From the human T2T-CHM13v2.0 reference genome, Homo sapiens: a stretch of 64,000 bases of DNA. Position 1 is the first letter of the stretch, and every line of letters begins with the position of its first letter. The notes under the pieces were generated by a model, which saw only the letters and a list, made by a program, of their open reading frames with translations, searched no databases and was not told where the DNA came from. The stretch lies in assembly GCF_009914755.1 (NCBI RefSeq), contig NC_060942.1. One strand, given 5' to 3'. Positions 31,052 through 44,450 of this stretch are shown here, piece after piece. The position numbers and the translations under genes are program-made.

Positions 31052-31944
31052 CTGTACAACAGAAGGTAAGTTAATATGTGCCTCAATTATATCCAGTTTG
31101 TGCATTTATAGCACCCCGTGGGCAGCAGTAAGAAAGCTGTAAATGTACTTACCCCGTTTTTTAATGGTTTACTATATTACAGTAGAGAAAGACTGAGAAA
31201 GTGAAAAGGAAGAAGAAAAAAAGAAACGTCAGGAGAGCAATAGAAAAGGAAATAGAAGAAAATATGATTGAATGGGGAAATGATAAGAAATGCAAATTTA
31301 AAATGATTGATTTAAAAACTTTTTAATTAAATTCATAGCTATATCTCTAGCTACATGAATGAAAGACATGTATGTATGCCCAATTCTATACACATTTTAT
31401 TTTATGTATTTTTACTTAGTTTTAATGACATGGGGTTATAGAATATCTCCATTTATCAAGAATAGCTACACGTAAAATCACATGAGGAAAGATATATAGT
31501 ATTTACAAAGAAACAGTTCTTGGGACACTTTTAATCTGTATAGACCAATCCATGAATACCTATAAACTCAAGACAAATTTACTTTCCTTCACTTCTCATC
31601 AATGTTAAGTAGCCAAGTCAATTTGCAGTATGAAATGTAATTCACATTTTATCAATCGAAGATATTTAAAACATTGTCCCAAATATATGTATGAGTTATG
31701 AATTAGACTCTACAAGATAATGATCCAAAAATCTGCTTATAAATTACAAGTTTGAAACAACATTTACTCTATTTTTTTTCTTCTGGCATTCAATGTTGTT
31801 TAGCCTTATTGGCACAGTGAAATTTTAAAACAATGTAGACAGAAAGGTAATATCTGTAATGCATTATCTGATTACTTTCTGTTTTCGATATGTAAGAATA
31901 GTAGCAAATTTTTAAAAAGTGATTCATAAAGCTTATAATTATTT

Positions 31945-32140
31945 TTAAAAATTTTTATTAATACATAATTGTAAATATTTAGGTAGTAAATGTGATATTT
32001 TGATTCATGCATATAGTGCATAATGATCAAATCAGAGTAATTAGTAATCAAATCATCACCTTAAATATTTGTCATAGATTTCTGAAGGAAACATTCCAAA
32101 TATTCTCTTCCAGTTATTTTGAAATATACGACAAGTTATA
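31945..32140 (-). mobile_element. L1MA 3' end
   Basis: TGTGATATTTTGA..TAATGATCAAATCAG..TATTTTGAAATATAC. Confidence 0.75.
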
Positions 32141-32643
32141 TTATCATATTCTTAATGCTAACCTTTAGACATCTAAGAATAAAATCATAGACAGTTAACA
32201 AAAGAATTTGTAAGTTAAAAATATTGAATATATATTCAAGTTTAATGGAATTATTACCATTATTACCTTTCCAAGACTATTTAAAAAGTTACAATTGTTT
32301 GCCTAAATATCAATTTATGGGTCATTTTTTAATTTTTACATTACCACAGGAAAAACAAGAACTACAGACATAATAATGTAAACAATCAGTGTTTAAATTC
32401 TTCTTCTATTCAAAAAACTTCCTTGGGTTTCTTTTTCTTTTCTTTCATGCTCAAAGTGACACAACTTGAAAAACTTTCTCCTCTTTTCTATTAGCTTAAG
32501 GGTATTTTTCAATTCTGATGTTGATCAGGGACAAGATCAAACCATGCTTTTTGATTCTGTTTATGCACACAGAACTTGTTATTCATTGCCTTTGAAATTC
32601 TATGGGTCTGAGTGGCTCTGCAGCAGAGTAGTGGACAACTCAC

Positions 32644-32731
32644 CGCATAATAGCAACGCCCACAGAACAGAAGACAGGCTGGAAATGCTCGAGAGGCGAA
32701 CTAACTTCCTGTTTACCAAATTATAAACCAT
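32644..32731 (-). pseudogene. Fossil first coding exon, signal peptide-like
   Basis: MVYNLVNRKLVRLSSISSLSSVLWALLLC(G). Consensus donor GCG|GTGAGT in phase 1, matching the phase-1 exon at 31051. Confidence 0.58.
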
Positions 32732-32789
32732 GTAAGTAACAGAACTTAAGTGATCTCTGTCCCCATGGGCCCCTCCTCTTCAATCAGTT

Positions 32790-33380
32790 TTTGTAAGTGC
32801 TGAATGGTTATTTCTAAATTACAAACATGAATGGTTACCCGATTCTTAAATCGCTTCAGTGGCTGGTATTACAATAAAGTGAAGATCTGCATATTTTCAG
32901 AACATCTGTGCATATATTTACGTTCTGGTTTCCATCTTCCTATCCAGCCACATTTCCTATCACTCCAACACAGAGCCTACAATCTAGCCACACTCAGGGC
33001 CATACAGTTCCCATCTATGTCTTAGTGCTTTCATCATCTATCTATTAACCAAAACACTAGTCTCTCTCTTTTGAAAGCTGCCTGCCTCAACTTAGGCACC
33101 ATATGGTTATCCACATGGAGAATTCTCAGGTACATTTTAAGTCCAGCTAAGATGCTGACTTCTTAGTAATTTCTCTCGATCCATTCTCAAAGCAAAGTAA
33201 GTTTTTTCTTCTTCTGTGTGACTTCTCACATTGAATATGATTTTATTAAATTGCACTTCTGTCGCCTAACTGTAGAGCACGCCATAGTTTTCTGTTCGTC
33301 CTCAGTCAGAAATCTTTAACAAGAACAGATAATCAATATGAACATGAATGTGGTATAAACATCTTCAACAACTTATGAGT
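32790..33380 (+). mobile_element. L2 fragment
   Basis: Decayed L2 3' motifs (CTTAAATCGCTTCAGTGGCT, CTAGCCACACT). Confidence 0.5.
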
Positions 33381-34167
33381 CATTATTGCCTAGGTCATAC
33401 AAACTTTAAAGTCCAACTCACTTCTACATGTGTAGTTATTAATCACCGTGTGCATTTCAATCTTAAAAGTTGTTGAAATAAATGGAAATGAAACAAACTA
33501 GTAATACAAGGGAAGATTAACAAATCTGTTGAGAACACCCGTAAAACCCAGCATTGGAGCCTCCTCCACATTTATTCTTTAAAACAAACAAATGACCACA
33601 ATTGAAAATTGTATGGGTCTCGTCTATGCTTTAAGGGATATTTGCATATCAAGGATAAAGAGAGATGGAACAATAATTTCATCATGAAATCCTAGGTACT
33701 ATTGATTTGTCAACATATATAAGATGAGGCAATGTGGGAATGGGCCTACATTGTTAGATGCAAATATTCCAAGATAAAATAGATTTCAAAATTATTAGGC
33801 ATCTCTGAAATTCAAAGTGCCATATTGCATGTTTCTTAGAGGTAATTACTAAGATTCTTTATAAATGAAGAACTTCATTAGTATTACATTGAACTTTGAG
33901 ATGTCAATCAGATAGTCTTTCAAGTTCTTGATTTAATTCAAAGCTTTCTCTTGAAGAAAAGTACATGTGTACCCAGGGATGCTAGATACTGTTTCAATAT
34001 TGCTCACATCTGTCTTGATTTGTAGGTGCTCATCTGATGCTAAACATCAGATATCAGGCCTGTTTTATACAAACAGGTTGAAACACATGGATTTCCACTT
34101 TGGGATAAAATACAAATCTGAATCCTAAAGGGCACAGCAAATTTTGAATTGTAATTGAACCCTGTAA

Positions 34168-34708
34168 CAGCGGTTCCCAAATTTTCTCAGTTTAAGATGC
34201 TCTTAGAGTCTCAACATTTCCCCCAAGAGCAACTCTAGCCAAAATTAATACCCTCGTATTAAGTAGTTAGGTCTAAACAACTTAACACTCATGTACATCT
34301 TAAATATTTAGTAACCATTTAAAAAAATAAGAATGCACAGGAATTGAAAAAAAAAAGTATGTCATGCTTAAACAACTACATTACAGATTAGTGAGATGTG
34401 TGTATCTGATGGGTCCTGCACAACCTCTCGAGTCTTGGAACAGACTGGGCACGCCACTCACCTTTCCTGTTCCGTGTAGATTTTCTTATGATACTTGCTT
34501 TATATCACAGCAACCAGCAAAAGCCCAGCTATGCAAAAATATGGCATTATTTAAAGGAGAGTAACTTAATTATGTTGAGACTGTGCTAGCAGTTTGTGCC
34601 GTGCATAACAGATGTCACTGGATTTCTTTCAAAAATTTAAGGTAACTTATGGTTCTATGAGCTTGCTGCAGTAACAGCTAACATCTTTTTACTATTGGGT
34701 AACCACAT
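34168..34708 (+). mobile_element. MER119-like hAT-Charlie DNA transposon
   Basis: CAGCGGTTCCCAAATTTTCTCAG start, TATTAAGTAGTTAGGTCTAAACAACTTAA, TTGGGTAACCAC end. Confidence 0.7.
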
Positions 34709-34734
34709 GTCTATGACACTTTTTATCTATCAAA

Positions 34735-36493
34735 TGTATACCTATACAGGTGACAAAAGATGTGAGGACCTCTTCAAGGAGGACTACAAACTATTGCTCA
34801 AGGAAATAAGAGAGGACACAAACAAATGGGAAAACATTCCATCCTCATGGACAGGAAGAATGAATATGATGAAAATGGTCATATGGTCCAAAGTAATTTA
34901 TAGATTTAATGCTGTCTCCATCAAACTACCATTGAGATTCTTCACATAATTAGAAAAAAATACTTTAAAATTTATATGGAACCAAAAAAGAGCCCATATA
35001 GCCAAGACAAACGTAAGCAGAAAGAACAAAGCTGGAGGCATCACTCTACCTGACTTCAAATTATAATACAAGGCTACACTAACCCAAAAAAAGCATCGTA
35101 CTGGTACCAAAACAGACACATAGGCCAAAGGAACATAATAGAGATCTTAGAAATAAGACCACACATCTACAACCATCTGATCTTTGACAAAACTAACAAA
35201 AACAAACAGGAAAGGATGCCCTATTTAATAAACAGTGCTGGGAAAACTGGCTAGCCATATGCAGAAAACTGAAACTGGAGCCCTTTCTTACACTTTATAC
35301 AGAAATTAACACACGATGGATTAACTACTTAAATGTAAAACCCAAAACCATAAAAATCTTAGAAGAAAATCTAGGCAATATCATTCAGGACATAGGCATG
35401 GGCAAAGATTTTATGATGAAATCACCAGAAGCAATTGCAACAAAAGCAAAAATTGACAAATGGGATCTAACTAAACTAAAGAGCTTCTGCACAGCAAAAG
35501 AGACGATCATCAGAGCAAACAGGCAACCTACGGAATGGGAGAAAATTTTTGCAATCTACCCATCTGACAAAGGTCTAATATCCAGAATTTGCAAGGAACT
35601 TAAACAAAAGAAAACAAAAAAAACAAGCAAACCCATCAAAAAAGTGGGCAAAGGATATGAATAGACAACGTCTCAAAAGAAGACATTTATGTGGCCAATA
35701 AACCTATGAAAAAAAGCTCAACATCACTGATCATTAGAGAAATGCAAATCAAAACTACAATGAGATACCATCTCACATCAGTCAGAATGGCAATTATTAA
35801 AAAGTTAAGAAACAACAGATGCTGGTGAAGCTGTGGAGAAACAGAAACACTTTTACACTGTTGGTGGGAATGTGAATTAGTTCCACCATTGTGGAAGACA
35901 GTGAGGCAATTCCTCAAGGATCTAGAACCAGAAATACCATTTAACCCAGCAATTTCATTACTGGGTATATACCCAAAGGAATATTCATCGTTCTTTTTTT
36001 AAAATACATGCACACATATGCTTAGTGCAGCACCGGCACTATTCACAATAGCAAAGACATGGAATCAACCCAGAGGCCCATCAATGATAGACTGGATAAA
36101 GAAATGTGGTACATCTACACCATTGAATATTATGCAGCCATAAAAAGGAAGGAGATCATGTCCACTGCAGGGACATGGATGAAGCTGGAAGCCATTATCA
36201 TCAGCGAACTAACCCAGGAACAGAAAACCAAACACTGCATGTTCTCACTCATAAGTGGGAGCTGAACAATGAGAACACATGGACACAGAGAAGGGAACAA
36301 CACACACTGGGGCCTGTCATGAGGGTGGGAGGAGGGAGAGCATCAGGCTAAATAGCTAGTGCATGTGGGGCTTAATACCTAAGTGACGGGTTGATAGGTG
36401 CAGCAAACTACCATAGTACATGTTTACCTATGTGACAAACCTGCACATTCTACACATGTATCCTGGAACTTAAAATAAAATAAAATTTTTAAA
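34735..36493 (+). mobile_element. 5'-truncated L1PA (about PA10-13): ORF2 C-terminus and 3'UTR
   Basis: ORF2 peptides ([39 protein letters not shown]). 17-bp TSD with 2 mismatches at 34718-34734 and 36494-36510. Confidence 0.95.
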
Positions 36494-36523
36494 ACTTTAT
36501 ATCTAGCAAAATAAGTGTTTGTT

Positions 36524-36890
36524 GTGTGGTAGATTACATTATTTTAGGAATATTTGATACTTATGCCCATTGGGCCCAGTCTTGTATGAGAAGCATAATT
36601 CCCATACATGTAATATCAAGATTGGTCATGTGACTTGCCTTGGGCAATAATATGTGCCCGTAAAATGACTTGTGACATTGTCAGGTGTAAGCTTGTTCCC
36701 ACCATCTGATATCCTCTCCTCCGATATGATGTGGCATGTTCCAGAGAGTAGCTCCACCTTTAGCTTTAGTAGGATAAAGGACAAAACCATAGCCCACCTT
36801 CAATCCGTGTAAACACGAGTATAAAATAACCTTAGTTTTGTGAGTTACTGAAATTGGGTGGTAATTTATTACTGTGGCTTAACTAAAGCT
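36524..36890 (+). mobile_element. Old MLT1 (H/I/J-like) solo LTR
   Basis: TGTGGTAGA start, GGTCATGTGACTTGCCTTGGGCAAT, TTTGTGAGTTACTGAAATTGGG end. Confidence 0.6.
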
Positions 36891-39144
36891 GATGGACCCA
36901 CATAGATATTTCAATAATTAATATATTTTAAACTAACACGTGTCTAAATCTTTAATTTCAGATGGGCAATTTGATGGACAGATATTCATTTTCCTCATTT
37001 TGGTAAGATTTATTCCCATATTTTTAAGTTTAAAAAATACTTGAACATATTATTTCAGCTTCCACAGAAGCAACATTATGTTATCAATTTTAATAAACAT
37101 ATCATACATGCTTACATAGGTATACACAAACACATTTTCATGAATCATCCAAACATTTATCTATTTATCAGTTTATTCAACAGTTGCTATTAAGAACCTA
37201 CTATGCTAATGATAATACTTTTCAAAATGCTTCAACCTTTTTACATACCTAATGTAGAAGTGATTGGCAAATATCCTGTGTCCTTTATACTAAAACACGA
37301 ACATTTCAGTTCTAGAAAAGCTTATCCTACAGAAAAATTTGCCTTCTGTTTCATAGGATGAAAATGACTCTATATTACTCATCTTTGTATCATTTGAAAT
37401 GACTACCATCATTCTTTACATATACCCAGTTCAATAAATGTGCTGAATTTAATCTACTATTTTTTTATCTTAGCTGTCAAAAATAAAGGAAAAAAATGAC
37501 TGAATGAAAGTGCTATCTATTCATTCTGTTTTATCTTGAATTTTCATATTTTACTTTACTTTTGTTAAGATAAAGCAAATGTTTGGAAGCAGACAAAATA
37601 TAAATTATATATAGCCTATGACATTCTTCTAGAATCATTACCTTATTATACTAAGTTGTTACCAATAAAGCACCTATATTTAATTGCATTATATATTTTT
37701 GAGGCAACATTCTCTTCTAACCAAAAAACCCATGATAATAACAAAACAAAATAATAAAAAGTAATAATGTAATAATTCTTTGACTCAATAACTCATTCCT
37801 TCTCTCTTCATTTCACCTAATCTACAAACTTTAAAAAGTGAATTCAAATGAGATTTTTATCTTAGATACAGTGCCATGCATGCCATGACTTCAAGTATTG
37901 GTTTTCTTTAAAATCTTCCAATATATTTGACTATTAAAATGAAATTACATTTAAGCTACGGAATGCACAATAATTTTATTACTTCCAGGATCTCTAATTT
38001 TCAGATAGAGCTTAATTCTTATCTTATTTTAACCAACTTTTGTGTGGTGTTGGATAGAACTGGAGAATCTGTATAAATGAAAAAATTTAACTCTCTGTCA
38101 CTGCCTGATATGGCTTGGCTGTGTCCCTACCCAAATCTCATCTTGAATTGTAGTTCCCATAATTCCCACATGTCATGGGAGGGACCTGGTGGGAGGTAAT
38201 TGAATCAAGTGGGCAGTTACCCTCATGCTGTTCTCCTGAAAGTGAGTTCTCACAGGATCTGATGGTTTTATAGGTGGCTTTTCCCCCTTTTGCTCATCAC
38301 TTTTCCTTGCTGCCTCCATGTAGAGGACGTGTTTGCTTCCCCTTCTGCCATGACTGTAAGTTTTCGGGGGCCTACACAGCCAAGCTGAACTGTAAGTCAA
38401 TTAAATTTATTTATTTTATAAATTACCCAGTCTTCAGTATGTCTTTATTAGCAGCATGAAAATGGATTAATACAATAAATTGGTATTGGGAGTATTGGGG
38501 CATGCTGTAAAGATACACCAAAATGTGGAAGCAACATTGAAACTGGGTAACAGGTAGAGATTAAAACAGTTTGGAGGGCTCAGAAGAAGATAGGAAAATG
38601 TGGGAAATGTTGGAATGTCCTATAGACATGGAGGAAGATGTGGGAAAGTTTGCAACTTTCTAGAGACCTGTTGAATGGCTTTGACCAAAATGCTGATAGT
38701 AATATGGACAATGAAATCCAGGCTGAGGTGGTCTAAGATGGAGATAAGGAACTTCTTGGGAAGTGGAGAAAATATTACTTTTTAAAATTGTATGCTTTAG
38801 CAAAGACACTGGGAGCATTTTGCCCCTGCCCTAGACATCTGTGAAACTTTGAACCTGAGAGAGATAATTTAGGGTATCTGGTGGAAGATATTTCTAAGCA
38901 GCAAAGCATTCAAGGGGTGACAGAGCTTGAATGTTTGGAAAATTTGCAGGTCGATCATGCAGTAGAAAAGAAAACCCTGTTTTCTGGGAAGAAATTCAAG
39001 CCCACTGCAGAAATTTGCAAGAATAGTGAGGAATCAAATGCTAATTGCCAAGACAATGGGGGAAAATGTCTCCAGGGCATGTCTGAGACCTTCCTGGCAG
39101 CCCCTCCCATTACAGGCCCAGAGCTGTAGGAGGAAAAAATGGTT

Positions 39145-39312
39145 TTATCTCTATCTCTGTTTATCTCTGTATTTATATTTATCTCTATCTCTATGTATCT
39201 CTATCTCTATATTTATCCCTCTATGTATCTCTATCTCTTTATCTCTATCTCTATATTTATCCCTCTATTTATCTCTATATTTATCTCTATTTCTATATTT
39301 ACTTATCTCTAC
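39145..39312. repeat. (TCTATC/TTTATC)n low-complexity repeat
   Basis: Direct reading. Confidence 0.9.
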
Positions 39313-39314
39313 AT

Positions 39315-39877
39315 CTTCCTGGGAACCTTTTTTATGACCCTGGGTAGAGCTCAGCAATCCACCCTTTAAGCTTCAGCAAGAGACAAAACAGGGACCCCAG
39401 GAACTCACCGGAACTAATAGGTACAGACAGGGACAGATAGGGATAGATGAAGACTAACAGTATAAGGTCAGTGCCCTAAAGAGGTACTGGTCAGTGGCCT
39501 AAAGAGGTACAAAAGCAAAGACCGGCAATGTAAGGTCATGATTTACAGCTGTGATGGTTTAGCATTTACATGGCCAATTCTAAGACACAATCAATCTAGG
39601 AGCCTGGGAGGGCTAGAAACAAGGAGCCAGCAAGTCTAGACACATTCCAGAGCCATGAGCCCTGGATTTTATCCAAGCCGCGAGTGGTTTTATGCCCTGG
39701 GCTTATATTATGGTATGTCAGGGTAGCCTTCCACCCTTTAGCACAGAGCCTGGTGGTCCAAAGGCTAGAAGGGGTTTTAGACCTTGGACCCCGGACATGT
39801 TCCAAGACTCTTTTACATTATGTCAGACGTGCAAGCCCTACCTCAGCTTCTCCCAACACTCAGCTTTTCTCCCAACA
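39315..39877 (-). mobile_element. ERV LTR (family uncertain, possibly ERVK-class) nested in THE1
   Basis: Minus-strand start TGTTGGGAGAAAAGCTGAGTGTTGGGAG with internal direct repeats; not THE1 sequence. Confidence 0.65.
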
Positions 39878-40685
39878 TTAAGAATTAATTAGTGCTCTAT
39901 TGGATTTCAGACTTGTGTGGGGCTGTAGCTCCTTCATTTTGGTCAACTTTTTCCATCTAGAATGAGAGTATTTTCCCGATACCTGTACCCCCATTGTATC
40001 TGGGAGGTAACTAGCTTACTTTTGATTTTGCAGGCTCATAGGAAAAGGAACTTTCCTTGTATTAAATGACACCTTGGACTTGGACTTTTGGGTTAATGCT
40101 GGAATGAGTTAAGATTTGGGGGGACTGTTGGGAGGGCATGATTGTGTTTTGAAATGTGAGGACATGAGATTTAGGAGGGGCTGCGGGGCTGTGATATGGT
40201 TTGGCTGTGTCCCCACCCAAATCTCATCTTGAATTGTAGTTGCTGTAATCCCCACATGTCATGGGAAGGACCTGGTGGGAGGTAATTTAATCACAGGGGA
40301 GGTTACCCTCATGTTGTTCTTGTGACAGTGAGTGAGTTCTCACAAGATCTGATGGTTTTATAAGAGGCTTTTCCCCCTTTTGCTCAGCAGTTCTTGCTCC
40401 CACCATATGAAGAAGGATGTGTTTGCTTCCCCTTCTGCTAGGATTGTAAGTTTCCTGAGGACTACACAGTCATGCTGAACTGTGAGTCAATTAAAACTCT
40501 CCTTTCTAAATTACCCAGTCTCGGGTATGTCTTTATCAGCAGTGTGAGAACAAACCGGTACACTGCCACATCATCTATTGTTGATACAGAAAAAATATAT
40601 TCATAAGAAACCTTCACCAATTAAAAAATTATTTTATGGCACTGAGCTCTGAACTTCTACAGCCAGAAATCTCAGAAAAATATTG

Positions 40686-40711
40686 CACACACACAGACAC
40701 ACACACACACA
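40686..40711. repeat. (CA)n
   Basis: Direct reading. Confidence 0.9.
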
Positions 40712-42411
40712 GAGATGGTGCTAAGAAATTTCTGGGTACATGTAAATAAAGCAAATTAAATATGTTTTTCCTATCATCAGTTTTGTGTCTAAACATATCT
40801 GGGTATAAAAACTATTATTTAGTTGGATTAAAAAGAAGGAAAAATATAGGGGGAGAAAGAATGAATCATTATGTAACTTATATTACCAAAAGAGCTGTCC
40901 TTTCTGAGAATAAAAATATGTTTTCTATCATATGTAAATCCTCTTTCTCCAGTAGCTGTCTAACTCTACTATAAAGCAAAGAAACAGTAAACCCACTTAA
41001 TTTCCCATAGAAACAGGAGCCATAGTCAATCTTGTTCATAGAGTTAACCTCATATTTTATCTGGCTTCCTTTGTGAGGTTGATTTCTTTTTTGTGACATC
41101 ACAATAATTTCTCATCCTATGGTAAGCTATAATGATGATAATATAAAAATTGAATAAAAATATACCATAGGAATATTCTAAACGGAATTATTTTTCAGTT
41201 TCCTGGGAGATGTCAACACTAGGTCTTTAAAACAGCATTTTATAATGTCAAAAAGAGTTTTTCATACTAGTTTTGCCAAGGAGTAGCATTAAAAAAACAA
41301 ATTAAAAATTTATGCCGAGCGAGAAAATACTTTTGAATTGTAACTGTGTCACTGAGTTGTGCCAGTGCATGAATCTGTTTGTCAGCCAAAACAAAGTGAA
41401 ACAAAACAAAATATTATTTTTACTACTCGCTTCTTGATTTCTGCTTAAGGTGCTGATGAAATAATTGCTAACTTTTGATCATATCTGCGTTTTTCAGGAA
41501 ATGAGTATTTTAACAGGAAAAATCCTTTCTATTAACACAATAAATGATCATTGTGACAGTCCTGGGATTTTGCTACTCTTATTATTTTGTAGATTTAAAA
41601 TGGACCTACATTTCTGATTAATTGTTGTGTTTTACTGTGTCATTTAGACACTCTGCATATTGTTACTCATTGTCAGAATAAAAATTAGTCATTCCTTATT
41701 ATCAGAATAAAAACTAGAAATCTAAATCATCTTTTCCACTTCAAAAGACTCAATGGAATGACATGCTACCGAAATATTTCTTTATATTAGAAAACTAGCA
41801 AAGGAGACATCAAATTTGTCAGCAAAACTGCAGATATGACTCTATCAATAATCCGTGGTACTTTTGTATTCCCCATCTGAGGCTATTATATAGCTTTGGA
41901 TGACAGCCTGCTTCGACTTCATCGTATGATCCACTGGGACAGAAACTCATAACTGGCTTTCGACATAGAGCCTTCGTATAAAGCATAATAGCCACAGCCA
42001 GTCAGTATAGGGGGATTATAAGAGTACGGCAATGAACACAAAAGTTTGGGGAAAAGCAGTTTAACAGAAAACCTGACAAAAAAAAAAAAGCCCGGAAGGA
42101 CGGCTCCTTAAATGTTAAAGGCAGGAAAGGAATGGGCATTTTAAAGTCATGCTTTGGATGATTTGAAAATTGTGTTCTTTTAGGAGCTGCAGCTATTCAT
42201 TTTAAATTGCTCCACACAATCTCCAAACACCTTCCCCACACAGACACACATACAGACTCACCAAGGATGACAAGAGTGTTCTCAAAACAGGCCACCCAAC
42301 AGCACTAGAGGGTCATTGCTTCTAAATACACAGTTTACTACATTTACCTCTCATAATTATAATTTACTGCTTTCAGGATCTCTCAAGAAGAGCTCCAAGG
42401 GGTTGTTGAGA

Positions 42412-42843
42412 CACTGGTGGGTTGGAAGTGCCCTATACTACTCGTGAGCACTGATTGATAGCTTCTGGAAATTTGTGTGCCAGTTATTAAATACAGACAT
42501 TATTAAAAATTAAACTATGTAAATTTGGAATTAGATCATGCTGAAACAAAAGTAATATGTAAACATAATTATTTTTTAATATATTGTTACCATCTTTTAC
42601 TATTATCATAAACTCCTGAAGTTATGTACATCTGTGCATCTGCACGGTAGAAATGTTGTACGATGATGTGCTACTGTGCGTCTTTTCACCACTCTGTGTC
42701 TAGTGCATCCACACTAGCATGTTGGTGGCTTAAATCAGCTACAGTGGTAGTGTTTACATCATGAAAATCAGCAAATTCCATAGCGCATAACTCATTTTCT
42801 CCCTCCGAGAGCTAATTTGAAAGCATTTTCCATCACACCACTG
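42412..42843 (+). mobile_element. MER63B hAT DNA transposon
   Basis: CATTATTAAAAATTAAA, GTGCTACTGTGCGTCTT, terminal CACACCACTG. Confidence 0.78.
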
Positions 42844-44106
42844 GGGTAAGAAGTTTTCAAGTTTCGCATTTGAAAAGTGGTATAGTTATTCCTTCCACAA
42901 GACACCCTTATTGAGCTGTCAAGTCATAATCTGATTATTGCTTTTTGATACCATCAGGGATAAGAAATGGTTTCCTTTGGATTCTCAAGAGTGTTATGAA
43001 ACTTAACTTAGCAATTAACTTTACCTGCTCATTACCAGAGTTCAAAACTTTAACTCATGTGTCATGAACTCTACTTTAAAAGTAAAATAATATAAAACCT
43101 AAAAGTAAAAAAAAAAAATCAAAATGCATTAAGTAAAAAACATTAAGTAGAAAATATTTTTAGAAGTTTTAAAGCACTGGTCTTTCAGATTTAAGATAGC
43201 AGGTATATAACCACTTTTATTCATAATCACTCATAAGTGTTTTATGTGTCTGCAGGGCTGACTGAAATAATTCGCACATAAAAATCATTAAATACATGAC
43301 TAGGAACTTAGGAAAACAAAACGGCATGACCAGTGAGTTGCTGACTGTTGTATGATGGAGAAGTGGGTGAAATTGTGCCTTTGTGCCTAGTGCTTTTGGT
43401 GAAGCTATGAAACCTGACACAATCATGGAACAACTCATTCATTTATCTGGAGAAGTAATGGAAGAAAAAGCAAAAACAAGGTATAAGATAAGACTGTGCT
43501 TGAATTAGCCAGGTATACAGCTGAGTATTGATAACATTTTCAAAGAATATCTCTAGCAATTATTTACAAAACCATATGGAATCCATATGAATTGGTAACG
43601 AGATCTTACTTTATTATCAAGTGTGTATTGAAGTGGCAAACCTGAAGAATTTAATAAACTGTATTTAAAAGCTACAGAGCAGCTTTCCCAAGAGTTGAAA
43701 AATAATTTTAACTAGTATTTATAGACTGATTATATTGAAAGTGGCATTGAGAAATTATCTGGTCTGCCTCAATTTCTAAGAAAGATAAATGTTTATCCAT
43801 CCATGTACTGTGGCATGTATTCACTTTTAAATATCACAAGAGGGAATAGTTTATTTGACACTCATTGATAATCTAATCAATGGTTTATTAATTGTCACAA
43901 ATTATTTGTTTAGTAACTTCTCCTTTACTACAGTTATACCCACACATGTTGTATGAATAATCATTTTTAAAATACATATTAGCCTTTTACCATTTTTGTA
44001 CACATAAAGCAAATGCCTCTTGGTCATCATTAAGAGGAAATGCAAATAAGAGCAAGAAAATATACTGAGATTTTGTATGTTTTTTACAAAATTGAAAAAA
44101 TCACAA

Positions 44107-44450
44107 GGCCGGATGCAGTGGCTCACACCTGTACTCCCAGCACTTTGGGAGGCCGAGGTGAGCAGATCACTTGAGGTCAAGAGTTCGAGACCAGCCTGGC
44201 CAACATGGTGAAACCCCGTCTCTACTAAAAATACAAAAATTAGCCAGGCGTGGTGACAGGTGCCTTGTAATCCCAGCTACTCAGGAGGCCAAGACACAAG
44301 AGTCACCTGAACCCAGGAGGCAGAGGTTGGAGTGAGCTGAGATCATGCCACTGCATTCCAGCCTGGGCAATAGAGCAAGATCCTGTCTCAAAAAAAATAA
44401 AAATAAAAATAAATCATAAATAAATAAAAGAGAGAGAAAAGAAAAAGGAA
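44107..44450 (+). mobile_element. AluSz/Sx
   Basis: Full dimer, patterned tail, TSD AAAAAA(T/C)CACAA. Confidence 0.92.

Larger units (their letters stand above)
38106..40562 (+). mobile_element. THE1C/D provirus (LTRs 38106-38473 and ~40192-40562)
   Basis: TGATATGG..ACA LTRs; perfect TSD CTGCC at 38101-38105 and 40563-40567. Confidence 0.93.

Noticed and set aside
34695-36265. RT-like ORFs
   Set aside because: Fragmented L1 ORF2, not a functional CDS.
39026-39369. Hydrophobic Leu/Ser/Tyr/Ile ORFs
   Set aside because: Translation of a simple repeat.
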